A DNA stretch of 64,000 bases from Escherichia coli. GTDB taxonomy: Bacteria > Pseudomonadota > Gammaproteobacteria > Enterobacterales > Enterobacteriaceae. Positions 47,109 to 56,603 of this stretch are shown piece after piece. The notes under the pieces were generated by a model. It saw only the letters and a program-made list of their open reading frames with translations. It was not told the DNA's origin and did not search any database. The stretch is taken from NCBI GenBank assembly GCA_031701365.1, contig GCA_031701365.1_4118.1, one strand, 5' to 3'. Positions within the stretch are counted from its first letter, which is position 1; each line of letters starts with the position of its first letter. The position numbers and the translations under genes were made by a program.

Positions 47109-47837
47109 ATGCTTGACCGTATCCGTTTCGCTACAGAGATGGCGAATGAATTAAACATGGCAAATTTCCAAATGTTAACATCAGTAATGGCTGAACATGC
47201 ATGTGCTTATTCTGTAAGTGGTGTGCAGTGTGGTCAGGAGAATATGTTAGCAGATGTTTATAGTGAAGTACAAAGTAAGCAATATAGTGTAAAGACATAT
47301 AAGGATAAGTTTGTTAGTCTTTATATGAACGAAGATATTGCCGAAGACCGCAAATTCACTGATTTTATTATTGAACGCCGAGTATCAGGTGTATCTAATC
47401 CTAATGCATCAAGCGATGAAGTTTTTGCAGAAGTACTGAAAGATATATACGAAAATGAATTAAAAAGTAAGAATCATTACAATGTACGTGAAACTAACAC
47501 AGTGCTCTTGGGATATGATGAAGACGAAGAATACTATTATTTTCGTATGACTGAAGTTCCTTTTGAATACAAATCTCCATATACAACTACAGTGAAAGAA
47601 TTTACTGAAAAAAGTAAAAACTTTATGAAGCATGAAGGAAATCGTTGTAGTATAAATGGTTATGACGAAAATGGCATTCACATTTATGAATGGGTTCACC
47701 CAAATTGTCAGACATACACTCGTTGCTTGAAAAAACGTTATAATTTAGAAGAGCATGAATCATTCTATTTTAAAGTTAAGAAGCAAGGTTATACTCGCCC
47801 CGCCGATTCTGAATTGATGGGTATGATATATTTCTAA
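47109..47837 (+). CDS. hypothetical protein
   Basis: ORF 47100-47837, start ATG 47109 after AAGGAG. Confidence 0.65.
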   Translation: MLDRIRFATEMANELNMANFQMLTSVMAEHACAYSVSGVQCGQENMLADVYSEVQSKQYSVKTYKDKFVSLYMNEDIAEDRKFTDFIIERRVSGVSNPNASSDEVFAEVLKDIYENELKSKNHYNVRETNTVLLGYDEDEEYYYFRMTEVPFEYKSPYTTTVKEFTEKSKNFMKHEGNRCSINGYDENGIHIYEWVHPNCQTYTRCLKKRYNLEEHESFYFKVKKQGYTRPADSELMGMIYF

Positions 47838-47847
47838 GGAAACTGCT

Positions 47848-48129
47848 ATGGATTTTTATCTACACACATGGACATACGAACAATATATTACATTATATCT
47901 TGAAATTATTAACACAGAACCTAGGTGTGGTTGTTGGTTCGCAGATATCATAAAAGAGTATGCGGACGAATTTGAGTTCGTGTATCTTGGTACTGATATA
48001 TTTGTAAAAAGTGTAGGTAAAACCGGACGAATCACTGATATAGATTACGACACTGTTAGTGTGAATTTCTATGTTGATTTTCCTGATGCTGGCGTTGATG
48101 GTGTATATTGTCTTTATGAAATAATTTAA
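47848..48129 (+). CDS. hypothetical protein
   Basis: ORF only. Confidence 0.55.
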   Translation: MDFYLHTWTYEQYITLYLEIINTEPRCGCWFADIIKEYADEFEFVYLGTDIFVKSVGKTGRITDIDYDTVSVNFYVDFPDAGVDGVYCLYEII

Positions 48130-48136
48130 ATTTTTA

Positions 48137-48161
48137 GGCCAGCGTTTGCTGGTCTTTTTTC
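48137..48161 (+). terminator. rho-independent terminator
   Basis: GGCCAGC-gttt-GCTGGTC followed by TTTTTT. Confidence 0.7.
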
Positions 48162-48173
48162 GCAGGTACAAAG

Positions 48174-48476
48174 ATGTTCAGTATAGATTTAATTAACAGT
48201 ACTATCAAAATGTTGGCAGATTTGGTGAGACAATCCAATGGAACTTTATATTCTGCAATGTATAAAATGTTTGACCGATATATCAAGGATTGTAACATAT
48301 CATTATATGGACTTGCTGTTGATATAGACGATTACTATGGAATTAATACTTCATATAAAACAGGAATTTTAATTGGTATTAATATAAAGATGGGGTATTT
48401 CCCTTATTACTGTATAGGATTACCAGATAATACTTTGGTAGAATATCCAGCCAGTACTATAAAAATAAGAGGATAA
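48174..48476 (+). CDS. hypothetical protein
   Basis: ORF only. Confidence 0.55.
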   Translation: MFSIDLINSTIKMLADLVRQSNGTLYSAMYKMFDRYIKDCNISLYGLAVDIDDYYGINTSYKTGILIGINIKMGYFPYYCIGLPDNTLVEYPASTIKIRG

Positions 48477-48483
48477 AACTAAA

Positions 48484-49062
48484 ATGAATGTATTAGAATT
48501 AAGTACTAAGCTGATTACTATGCGTAACGAGTGGTACGATTGGTTTTATAATGGTACTGATATGGATTTTTCAAAATATCCATTTATGGAATCAGGATGT
48601 GATGCAAGATACCGCTGGTTGAGCAAAGATTGTTCTGGTTTACATATTCTAGTTGACGATAGTGGTCAGGGAATTATAAAAGATTTACTTCAAGTTGAAC
48701 AACTCGTCCATGATAATTGGTGTGATAACGATCCATACCTTGGAAATATGATTTATGTAAGTGAAGATGATTGCATATTCGTTATCCAGCGTCATGGTAA
48801 TTCTATGTTTTATGTAGCAGACAGCAGTACTCCAGAAGGTGCAGCAGCCGATGGTCTTATGCCTAAGATTGATATATTGGAATTTGGATTACCTGAGCAC
48901 TTCCAGATTAGTACTTTATACGATATTCCACCACTTGAGTTCTTTGAAGAATTTAAATTGTACTACAATGATCTTCAAAAATTGAGTACTGAGAGTCGCC
49001 TTGAAATAACCGTCAAGTACATGGACGGAACGAAATTAACCGATACGGGGATAGAATTTTGA
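48484..49062 (+). CDS. hypothetical protein with family B-like motif
   Basis: EHFQISTLYD. Confidence 0.6.
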   Translation: MNVLELSTKLITMRNEWYDWFYNGTDMDFSKYPFMESGCDARYRWLSKDCSGLHILVDDSGQGIIKDLLQVEQLVHDNWCDNDPYLGNMIYVSEDDCIFVIQRHGNSMFYVADSSTPEGAAADGLMPKIDILEFGLPEHFQISTLYDIPPLEFFEEFKLYYNDLQKLSTESRLEITVKYMDGTKLTDTGIEF

Positions 49063-49748
49063 TTAAAGATTTAGATAGAATTTTATATGTACTAAGGGGT
49101 GTAATTACATTACATCCACAAATCAATCGAATTGAAAGTACATTTCAGTTGGAGTCAAGAGAAACTCCATATTCACATATATCAAATGTAGTTGGTTCAC
49201 TCAGTACTGAAGACTCGTCTTACGATATTTGTGTATGTGAAGTTCAACCAAGTTCGGATCTTGGATTTGCTATTTTTGATAAAGAACAAAATCTCATTAG
49301 TATGTTTCAGTGCAATAATCCTTTTTGGAAAACATGCCTGTATCCAGAGTGGGCTATGCTTGATCCAACCAAGAGTACCATTAAAGTTTATGACTCTAAA
49401 AATGATGAAGTCGCTATTGATTTGGATGAGTCAATGTCAGAGGAAGAACACTTTCAGCTAATGATGATGCGTGCTATGCCTGAGTACAATGCAATGATTA
49501 ACACTGTGCAATACATTAAGGATACTATGCCATCATTGCGTACACATGAGTTTTGTCATCCTGTATTGTATGAACATTTGGATTTAGATTTCAGTACTAT
49601 TAAATTCAAAGATAGTATTATAAAATATATTCAAGAAAATGTTAAATTTAATTTCATTAGTACTATGAACAATAATCCAAAAACGAATTTTAGGCATCAG
49701 TACAATGAATCTTTTTCTAATGGTCGTGATACCAGTTGGTGGAAATAA
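49059..49748 (+). CDS. hypothetical protein with family B-like motif
   Basis: EEEHFQLMMMRA. Confidence 0.55.
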   Translation: MIKDLDRILYVLRGVITLHPQINRIESTFQLESRETPYSHISNVVGSLSTEDSSYDICVCEVQPSSDLGFAIFDKEQNLISMFQCNNPFWKTCLYPEWAMLDPTKSTIKVYDSKNDEVAIDLDESMSEEEHFQLMMMRAMPEYNAMINTVQYIKDTMPSLRTHEFCHPVLYEHLDLDFSTIKFKDSIIKYIQENVKFNFISTMNNNPKTNFRHQYNESFSNGRDTSWWK

Positions 49749-49749
49749 C

Positions 49750-50013
49750 ATGAATATCCAAGATAGATTACAATTACTGTACACACTTGAACAGGCTGCT
49801 TTTGAACTTGTTCGAAAAATATCAGATGAACTACCTAAAGGAACTAAAGTTCGTGTACGTGAGATGAATTATTTTTCTGGAGTAATTGAAGAACAAGTAC
49901 TAACAGTGAATAAAGTAACATACTATGAATCTGAGTTGTCTATTCAGTGTGAATCGGATGATGGATTAATATCATATTATGGAACTGATGTAGATATAGA
50001 GGTAATAAAATGA
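49750..50013 (+). CDS. family D-like small protein
   Basis: ORF 49705-50013, start ATG 49750; SDELPKGTKVRV. Confidence 0.5.
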   Translation: MNIQDRLQLLYTLEQAAFELVRKISDELPKGTKVRVREMNYFSGVIEEQVLTVNKVTYYESELSIQCESDDGLISYYGTDVDIEVIK

Positions 50014-51152
50014 CCCTTTTACAAATATATGAAGATTTAATGCACTTATGTAATACAAACGATGCATTCTTTTATGTGGATCATAAAAGTCCTGCTGGTG
50101 GCACGTATCGTGTATTCAGTTATCGCCTAGCATCATACACTGATTTCATGCAACCAAATGCGTTGGAAACCCGTGGCTCTATGTGGGAAATTGATGAAGA
50201 AGGTGACATGATACGTTGTGCAGCACGTACAATGAAAAAGTTCTTCAATGCTTACGAGAATCCTGCTACAATGTTCCCTGCTAACACCACATGCGATGAC
50301 ATTGCGGTCGTGATGCCTAAGTTGGATGGTTCGATTATCAGTACTTATCGTGATAATGATGGTGAGATTCGTTGTAAATCACATACTGCATTGTATTCTG
50401 ACCATGCGATTAACAGTACTCGACTTATTAACGAGAACCAGAATTTGTATCAGTACATCGACGAAGCGGAACGTTTAGGTTACACAGTTAATATGGAGTA
50501 TACAAGCCCAGAGTACCGAATTGTATTACCATATCAGGTAGAACAACTGTTTGTACTGAACGTTCGACATCGTGTGAGTGGTGAGTTGCTATGTGGTAAA
50601 GCACTACGTGATAAGTTTCCATGTCTTGCACAGTACAGTACTAATATGACCGGAAAAGATATTCATCACACTTTTCCGGTACGAAATACCTTCCGTGAAA
50701 GCGTGGAGGAAGTTCATAAAATGCTTGATATTGAGGGTTTTGTGTGCATCCTAAATAATGGGACAATGTGTAAAATAAAAACTGACTGGTACAGTTCATT
50801 ACATCTTACAAAAGATAGTATTATTATTGATTCTCATTTATATGAAGCCGTATTAAATGGTTCAAGTGATGATTTAAAACAATTGTTCAGTACTGATGAA
50901 TATGCTATGCAAAAGATATTAAGAATGGAACATTTGGTATTTTCGTGCTATAATGCATTACAAGATGAAGTAGAAAGCTTCGTCAAGGAACACAAGCACT
51001 TGGAGCGAAAGGAATTCGCAATGAAGGTTCAGGAGTGTTTAACTAATGAACTGAATCGTCAGGGCTTGGCCTTTGCAATGTATAACAATAAGAAAGTTGA
51101 TTACAAAGAGACTCTTATAAAATACATGAAAATTGTACTAAAGGATTTTTAG
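50010..51152 (+). CDS. rnlA: RNA ligase 1 (T4 Rnl1 homolog)
   Basis: Recalled alignment to T4 Rnl1 over N-terminal region (FFY..D, GxxYRxFSY, ALExRG, MPKLDGS), including lysine-nucleotidyltransferase KxDG motif. Confidence 0.9.
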   Translation: MTLLQIYEDLMHLCNTNDAFFYVDHKSPAGGTYRVFSYRLASYTDFMQPNALETRGSMWEIDEEGDMIRCAARTMKKFFNAYENPATMFPANTTCDDIAVVMPKLDGSIISTYRDNDGEIRCKSHTALYSDHAINSTRLINENQNLYQYIDEAERLGYTVNMEYTSPEYRIVLPYQVEQLFVLNVRHRVSGELLCGKALRDKFPCLAQYSTNMTGKDIHHTFPVRNTFRESVEEVHKMLDIEGFVCILNNGTMCKIKTDWYSSLHLTKDSIIIDSHLYEAVLNGSSDDLKQLFSTDEYAMQKILRMEHLVFSCYNALQDEVESFVKEHKHLERKEFAMKVQECLTNELNRQGLAFAMYNNKKVDYKETLIKYMKIVLKDF

Positions 51153-51182
51153 TACTATCTAGCCTAAGCACAAGGAGAAGTG

Positions 51183-51437
51183 ATGGCTAAACCTAAGTAT
51201 AAAAATGACGGTTCCCTTTCTCCGACTGAGTTCAGGAAAATACAAGAAGAAATCGATGAATTACAGCACAAACGCTCAATGAAAGGTGTGAAGATAAGTA
51301 AGAAACGAATCGAGAATACCTTCGGATGTAGTAGTACTGAATACAAGAAGAAAAGGAAACCAAAAGGTGTTAAGCCGAGAATACATGATGTAACTCGCTA
51401 TACATCGAAACGTGAAAATAAATTTGATCCACTATAA
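51183..51437 (+). CDS. hypothetical basic protein
   Basis: ORF 51180-51437, ATG 51183 after AAGGAG; Lys/Arg-rich. Confidence 0.55.
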   Translation: MAKPKYKNDGSLSPTEFRKIQEEIDELQHKRSMKGVKISKKRIENTFGCSSTEYKKKRKPKGVKPRIHDVTRYTSKRENKFDPL

Positions 51438-51446
51438 GGAGTTCAT

Positions 51447-51677
51447 ATGAAAGTTGAAGTTCAGCATAGTATTGTTCAGGATATGTCAGTAGTTAAATTT
51501 CTTTCTCTGAAAGATTACTTCAGATGTATCAAGTTCCTAGAAGAATCTCAATTACAGTGGACCCCATTAAAGTACAGTTCATCCAATGATACAGCTAGTA
51601 TTCGTTGTGATGAATCTGTACTTGTGAAAATCTCCAAACGATTTGGAGTAGGAAAAGTTAATGAGCACAGTAAGTGA
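51447..51677 (+). CDS. hypothetical small protein
   Basis: ORF with AAGGAG RBS. Confidence 0.55.
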   Translation: MKVEVQHSIVQDMSVVKFLSLKDYFRCIKFLEESQLQWTPLKYSSSNDTASIRCDESVLVKISKRFGVGKVNEHSK

Positions 51678-51915
51678 CCTAAAATACTACAACAAAACTG
51701 CGGATACGTTTATTACTCATTTATATGAAGAATTTAGTCGTATCCGTAAGGAATATACAGGTAAATGTATTTTATATAGTTCTTATCATAGTGGTGGAAT
51801 TGAAAGTGCTTACATTACTAAAGTGAAGTTTTCTGATGACTATCAATTACTCTTTGAATTAGATGATTGTTTCGTTATTGAAGCTTGTTTGATAGTGGAT
51901 GTTCTAGATAATTGA
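51661..51915 (+). CDS. family D-like small protein
   Basis: RKEYTGKCILY. Confidence 0.5.
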   Translation: MSTVSDLKYYNKTADTFITHLYEEFSRIRKEYTGKCILYSSYHSGGIESAYITKVKFSDDYQLLFELDDCFVIEACLIVDVLDN

Positions 51916-51921
51916 GGACAT

Positions 51922-52236
51922 ATGAATAAAGAACTTGCATTTGAGAGGATCGAAAAGTTAAAGTACATTGAAAAGGAACTAATAGAATCTGTCGAATCAA
52001 TGGTCGAAGATTACGTTTTCGATTTTAAGAAAACATTGATTGGATGTAAAGTTAAATGCTGGGATCATACAATCAGAGAATGGTTCAGTACTATAATTCT
52101 TGATGTTAAAGTATCGCGTACTGCTATTGGTAATTTAGTAAATGGTGAATGCTTTGTATACACTGAATACAATAACGGAACAAGAAACCTTTCAAGAGGA
52201 TGGCACAAACTCGAAGATGTAGAATTCATTGAGTAA
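51922..52236 (+). CDS. family D-like small protein
   Basis: KKTLIGCKVKCW. Confidence 0.5.
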   Translation: MNKELAFERIEKLKYIEKELIESVESMVEDYVFDFKKTLIGCKVKCWDHTIREWFSTIILDVKVSRTAIGNLVNGECFVYTEYNNGTRNLSRGWHKLEDVEFIE

Positions 52237-52248
52237 CAAGGAGTAATA

Positions 52249-53181
52249 ATGCCAACTATTACACTAACAGTTGGATTACCTGGGTGTGGAAAAACCACAT
52301 GGGCAGTTCAAGAAATTAAAAATGCCAAATCGAAGACTATCAACATTAACCGTGATGACATTCGAGAATCAATGGCAGGGTCACATGATGCATACAAATT
52401 CAACGACGCTAATGAGCAGTACGTAACTAAAATGCAGTTCAGTGCAGCAAATTCAGCAGCAGAGAATGGTTGGAACATCATTGTGTCCGATACGAACCTT
52501 AAACAACATTTCCGTGATGAATGGAAACGTTGGGCTAAAGATAATGAATACGACTACAAAGAAAAGAACTTCTACGAAGATTTTGTACCGAATGAAGATC
52601 GTGGTGCAGATGTTCATGTTTTCTTTAAGATTAAAGAGTTCGTAAAACTTTGTAAGAAACGTAACCTCATGCGTGAGCGTTCAGTACAAGATAATATCAT
52701 TGACACTATGGCAGATACGTACTATTATAGTAAGGCCATGCACATTGGTTACTATGGTAATTCACGAGAAGCTGCTATCATCGTTGATATCGATGGAACT
52801 CTTGCTCATAAATGGGGGCGTAACCCGTTCGATGAAAGTACTGTTCTTCAGGATACACCTGATGAAGAAGTTATTTTGTCTATTATCGCTGAAGCAGTTT
52901 TTCATAAACGCAAGATTATCGTCATGAGTGGGCGTACTGAAGGGTGTCGTGCTGATACCGAACAGTGGCTTAAGAATTGGGGTGTTCCTTACGATGCATT
53001 GTTTATGCGAGATATCGATGATAAACGTCCTGATGATGTTGTAAAATTCGACCTGTACATGAAAAATGTGGTTGATCATTACGATGTTAAAAAGGTATAT
53101 GATGACCGAGCACAAGTCGTATTCATGTGGCGTAAGCTACTTGGCTTGAAAGTTTTTCAAGTTGCAGAAGGAAATTTCTAA
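52249..53181 (+). CDS. pseT: polynucleotide 5-prime kinase / 3-prime phosphatase (T4 Pnk homolog)
   Basis: P-loop GLPGCGKTTWA and INRDD kinase motifs; HAD phosphatase DIDGTLA motif; C-terminal WQVAxGxF as in T4 Pnk. Confidence 0.9.
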   Translation: MPTITLTVGLPGCGKTTWAVQEIKNAKSKTININRDDIRESMAGSHDAYKFNDANEQYVTKMQFSAANSAAENGWNIIVSDTNLKQHFRDEWKRWAKDNEYDYKEKNFYEDFVPNEDRGADVHVFFKIKEFVKLCKKRNLMRERSVQDNIIDTMADTYYYSKAMHIGYYGNSREAAIIVDIDGTLAHKWGRNPFDESTVLQDTPDEEVILSIIAEAVFHKRKIIVMSGRTEGCRADTEQWLKNWGVPYDALFMRDIDDKRPDDVVKFDLYMKNVVDHYDVKKVYDDRAQVVFMWRKLLGLKVFQVAEGNF

Positions 53182-53186
53182 TACAA

Positions 53187-53218
53187 AAGGGATCATATGT
53201 TGGTCCCTTTTTCTTTTA
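53187..53218 (+). terminator. rho-independent terminator
   Basis: AAGGGATCA-tatgt-TGGTCCCTT followed by TTTCTTTT. Confidence 0.65.
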
Positions 53219-53406
53219 AGGTATATTATAATGAATGTAAAAACACAGATGTTGTTACAAAAAGAATACTTAGAAAATATAGAAATGTTCTATAGATTGT
53301 CTTTATACGAAAATAAAGATAAAAAATATAACTTTTCTAAACAACTAAACACAAGTACTAATGATTATCTATTTTCATCAATGTTTTATGTGAGAGGTTT
53401 ATTATA

Positions 53407-53667
53407 ATGGATAAATTTCACACAGATATAACACAGATAGGTAATCTTATCAATAGTCTAATTACTGATTTAGAAGAAAAGTATTTAGGTCGAAATGTAT
53501 ACGTAGAAATGTATGAAACATATGGTGTTATTGATATGATTTATTACAGTGCATTGAAGTGTGAAATACGTTTAACAGTATGTTTGTTTGAAAAAAATAC
53601 ATTCAACAGAAGTACTGCAATTCGCCAAGTTGGAGTTGATGATATAGAATTATACGAGGAACAATGA
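53407..53667 (+). CDS. family D-like small protein
   Basis: DLEEKYLGRNVYV. Confidence 0.55.
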   Translation: MDKFHTDITQIGNLINSLITDLEEKYLGRNVYVEMYETYGVIDMIYYSALKCEIRLTVCLFEKNTFNRSTAIRQVGVDDIELYEEQ

Positions 53668-53918
53668 TGTTTGAGCAGGACTTAGAGATATTCAAAAGTC
53701 ATATTGATTACTTGACTATATTAGAAAATGATTTAACTACAAAGTACAAAGGTATTCGTGTTCTGTGCTGGTATGATGATTGGGATTATAAACGTGAACT
53801 CACTATTGATCGAATTTATTTCAGTGACGGTGTACTAAATGTACATGGTGTAAATGATTTTGGTCATTCATATACATATTCTAATAATGCTAAATTTAAA
53901 AGGATCTACAATGAATGA
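53664..53918 (+). CDS. family D-like small protein
   Basis: DLTTKYKGIRVLC. Confidence 0.55.
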   Translation: MMFEQDLEIFKSHIDYLTILENDLTTKYKGIRVLCWYDDWDYKRELTIDRIYFSDGVLNVHGVNDFGHSYTYSNNAKFKRIYNE

Positions 53919-54213
53919 ATATTATCATAATTTATTCGATTACATAAAACTAATAGATGATCTTTCTTTTGAATTTCTCAGTACTGAAAAAGTTCTTGAA
54001 CCTCTCTATTATGATTGTATTAGTTCACTATCTTTAGATGAAAAAGAGATATTATCAAATAATTTACCGTCAACCGTCTGTGTAATCAATGGTTCCAAGG
54101 CTGTGGTGTCTGAGGTTAATTTTCATAAATCACTTAATACAATTGTTTACAAGTTCGATAACACTTGGTTTAATCATGTAACTAGTAATATTAAATCTGT
54201 GAGATTTTTATGA
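53911..54213 (+). CDS. hypothetical small protein
   Basis: ORF 53854-54213, start ATG 53911 after AAGGA. Confidence 0.5.
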   Translation: MNEYYHNLFDYIKLIDDLSFEFLSTEKVLEPLYYDCISSLSLDEKEILSNNLPSTVCVINGSKAVVSEVNFHKSLNTIVYKFDNTWFNHVTSNIKSVRFL

Positions 54214-54506
54214 ATATAAAAAAATTATTTGAACAAGTAAATTTATTGTACTGGTGTTCAGACGGTTCAGATAAGGAATATAGTGAAGTTTATTTAGAAC
54301 TGTTTAGAACTGAAATTCATTATATTCGAAGATACTTAATTGATAACAAAACTAAAGTACAAGTAAGATACCATAATGGTACTTTAAAGGATGGTATAAT
54401 TATTGGATTGATAGTTGCACGATGGTCTAGTAATATTAAAGTTGCAGTAAGATTAATGTCTGATGATGGTGTCTACACAATAGAAGCTAGTGAGATTATA
54501 TATTAA
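54210..54506 (+). CDS. hypothetical small protein
   Basis: ORF; ATGA overlap. Confidence 0.5.
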   Translation: MNIKKLFEQVNLLYWCSDGSDKEYSEVYLELFRTEIHYIRRYLIDNKTKVQVRYHNGTLKDGIIIGLIVARWSSNIKVAVRLMSDDGVYTIEASEIIY

Positions 54507-54812
54507 ATGGATATACAAACATTCAATAAGCTAAAGTACTATGATAATGGTTTTGCATTAATAATTAACGAACTTGATGGGATACCATACGAATATCATA
54601 ATCAATTAATGAAGATAGTAAAATGTATATGTGAAGAATTAAAAAGTATGTTTAAAAATGAATATGTTTATGATTTAGGTAATAGTAGCAAAAAACTATA
54701 CATAAAGAAATTCTGGGGAACGCATTGTGGTTTAATGGTCGATTTAGGTTTAAGTTTAGACGATAATTCTGAATCATGTTCATTATATATAGATGAAATG
54801 CGAATATCATGA
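54507..54812 (+). CDS. hypothetical small protein
   Basis: ORF. Confidence 0.5.
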   Translation: MDIQTFNKLKYYDNGFALIINELDGIPYEYHNQLMKIVKCICEELKSMFKNEYVYDLGNSSKKLYIKKFWGTHCGLMVDLGLSLDDNSESCSLYIDEMRIS

Positions 54813-54869
54813 GACGTATCAGAATTCGGTGATATAATTTGATTACATCACCAATGTGGAGAAGTTGAA

Positions 54870-55196
54870 GTGAATGGTTCGTTTTTAACAATTTTAGAAA
54901 AGACATCCGAGATGCTTTCTAGTTCGTTAATGCACATTTTCAGTACTAATAATTTATACAATACCCAGGTGTTAGATTCAATTAGTAATAACTATGTGGT
55001 AAGTATATCTGATGAAATATGTCCATTTAATGCGTATACGAATTATAGTGTAGAAGAGTTTCATATATCCGAGATTCGATGTGGTTTTGGTGCTTGGTTA
55101 GTTCTAAATGAACGTTCAGGGACGTCTTTATACATCGAAGAAATTGATAAATTTATATACAAAGGAGTAGAATATGTTAACCCCAATCATTCTTAG
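54870..55196 (+). CDS. hypothetical protein
   Basis: ORF; start uncertain. Confidence 0.45.
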   Translation: MNGSFLTILEKTSEMLSSSLMHIFSTNNLYNTQVLDSISNNYVVSISDEICPFNAYTNYSVEEFHISEIRCGFGAWLVLNERSGTSLYIEEIDKFIYKGVEYVNPNHS

Positions 55197-55803
55197 CAGT
55201 GCATATGTAATCGGTATTATTATTTCTGGTATGCTTGCATATAACTATAACAGAAGTGTTATAGGTTATGTAGTACTTGGTACAGTACTAAGTCCAGTGA
55301 TTGCTATTGGTCTTCTTGTTATGCTAGGTGAGAAAAATACAAGCTTCTTTATTACTAAAGAACTTGATAAAATCACCCCAGCACCAGAAACAGTTATTCC
55401 AGAAGTTAAAGAAGAAGTTAAAGAAGTTGAAGTTCAAATGCAAGTTAAAGTGTATAATACACTTGAAGAAACTGACCCTAAAGTTGTAGTGAATGTAGTT
55501 CCAGTCGTTGAAGAGGTGAAACCAAAAGCTCCTAAAGTACAGAAAAATACTAAAACTGCAAAGAAAGCTCGTTACACTAAAGGTAAGAACAAAGGTAAAT
55601 CTAAGGATGAACCACAACTAGGTGTTCATGACCATACTGCACAAATTGCAACGGCAGCGACCGCAGCAGCAATCGTAACATCACCAATCTACAACAATGA
55701 TGATTACAGTGATTATAGCCGTCACAGCAGTTCTTCCTCTGATTCTTGTTCCTATGATAGCTCTAGTTCTGATTCAAGTTCATCTTCTGGAAGTTGTGAT
55801 TAA
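55174..55803 (+). CDS. membrane protein with charged repeat region and Ser/Asp-rich tail
   Basis: Two N-terminal hydrophobic helices, KEEVKEV/KPKAPK charged segment, C-terminal SSSSSDSCSYDSSSSDSSSSSGSCD. Confidence 0.6.
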   Translation: MLTPIILSSAYVIGIIISGMLAYNYNRSVIGYVVLGTVLSPVIAIGLLVMLGEKNTSFFITKELDKITPAPETVIPEVKEEVKEVEVQMQVKVYNTLEETDPKVVVNVVPVVEEVKPKAPKVQKNTKTAKKARYTKGKNKGKSKDEPQLGVHDHTAQIATAATAAAIVTSPIYNNDDYSDYSRHSSSSSDSCSYDSSSSDSSSSSGSCD

Positions 55804-56132
55804 TGTCAATGAAACCACTAATTCAACATAATATTTTTTATAGGTCATTATTCAAAATTCAAGATGATTTTTATCAGACGTTGAGTAATGATCTTATAGG
55901 TAAAACTGTACGATATTCGGAACAATACATCAAACGTATGACAAGTCAGTATATTGACCCTGAATACGAATACGACATTGAACACATTAATCCCAATACT
56001 AGAATGAAAATCATTGAGATATTTAAGAATGGGAGAACTATAGGTGCTGAAATTGAGTACTTGAATTGTGATTGTTACATAGATACAGAGTTGAGTTTGG
56101 ATTATCTTGTTTTAGTGGATGATGAGGAATAA
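55803..56132 (+). CDS. family D-like small protein
   Basis: SNDLIGKTVRY. Confidence 0.5.
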   Translation: MSMKPLIQHNIFYRSLFKIQDDFYQTLSNDLIGKTVRYSEQYIKRMTSQYIDPEYEYDIEHINPNTRMKIIEIFKNGRTIGAEIEYLNCDCYIDTELSLDYLVLVDDEE

Positions 56133-56134
56133 TT

Positions 56135-56350
56135 ATGATAACATTTTTCGCAATATATGGATTTGTAGCATTTGTTACATTTATAACCAACTTTCTAGTA
56201 CTTAATTGGGGTTGTTTTAAAGATGAAATCATGATTATCATGAATCTCCAAACAGCAGCACTGATGGCTATTATTTGGCCTGTAACGTTAGTATATATTT
56301 TTATTTCACTTACCCAAGATATTATTAACAAATATAAGAGAAAGAAATAA
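56135..56350 (+). CDS. small membrane protein
   Basis: Two hydrophobic segments (FFAIYGFVAFVTFITNFLVL, ALMAIIWPVTLVYIFI). Confidence 0.55.
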   Translation: MITFFAIYGFVAFVTFITNFLVLNWGCFKDEIMIIMNLQTAALMAIIWPVTLVYIFISLTQDIINKYKRKK

Positions 56351-56601
56351 TGTTCAACAACGACTTATCACATTTGCGATATCTTATGTCTTTGGCTGAT
56401 GATTTTATAAATGATCTGAAGCCAAAATATATTGGTCAAGAAGTACGATTAATAAACTCCAGAGGGTATGGAAAATATATTATTACTGATATGTATATTA
56501 GTGGTGGTGAATGGCGTTTTAAAATTAATACTTATCTTAAAGATGGTTCTTTTGCTGGAACACAAGTTACTAAACACACTAATATTATATGGTTGGAGTA
56601 A
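56350..56601 (+). CDS. family D-like small protein
   Basis: DLKPKYIGQEVRL. Confidence 0.55.
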   Translation: MFNNDLSHLRYLMSLADDFINDLKPKYIGQEVRLINSRGYGKYIITDMYISGGEWRFKINTYLKDGSFAGTQVTKHTNIIWLE

Positions 56602-56603
56602 TA

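Noticed and set aside
53162-53407. ORF 53162-53407 overlapping the end of pseT
   Set aside because: Its 5-prime half overlaps the pseT stop and the terminator hairpin; at most a shorter ORF from ATG 53231 could be real, and its RBS is weak.
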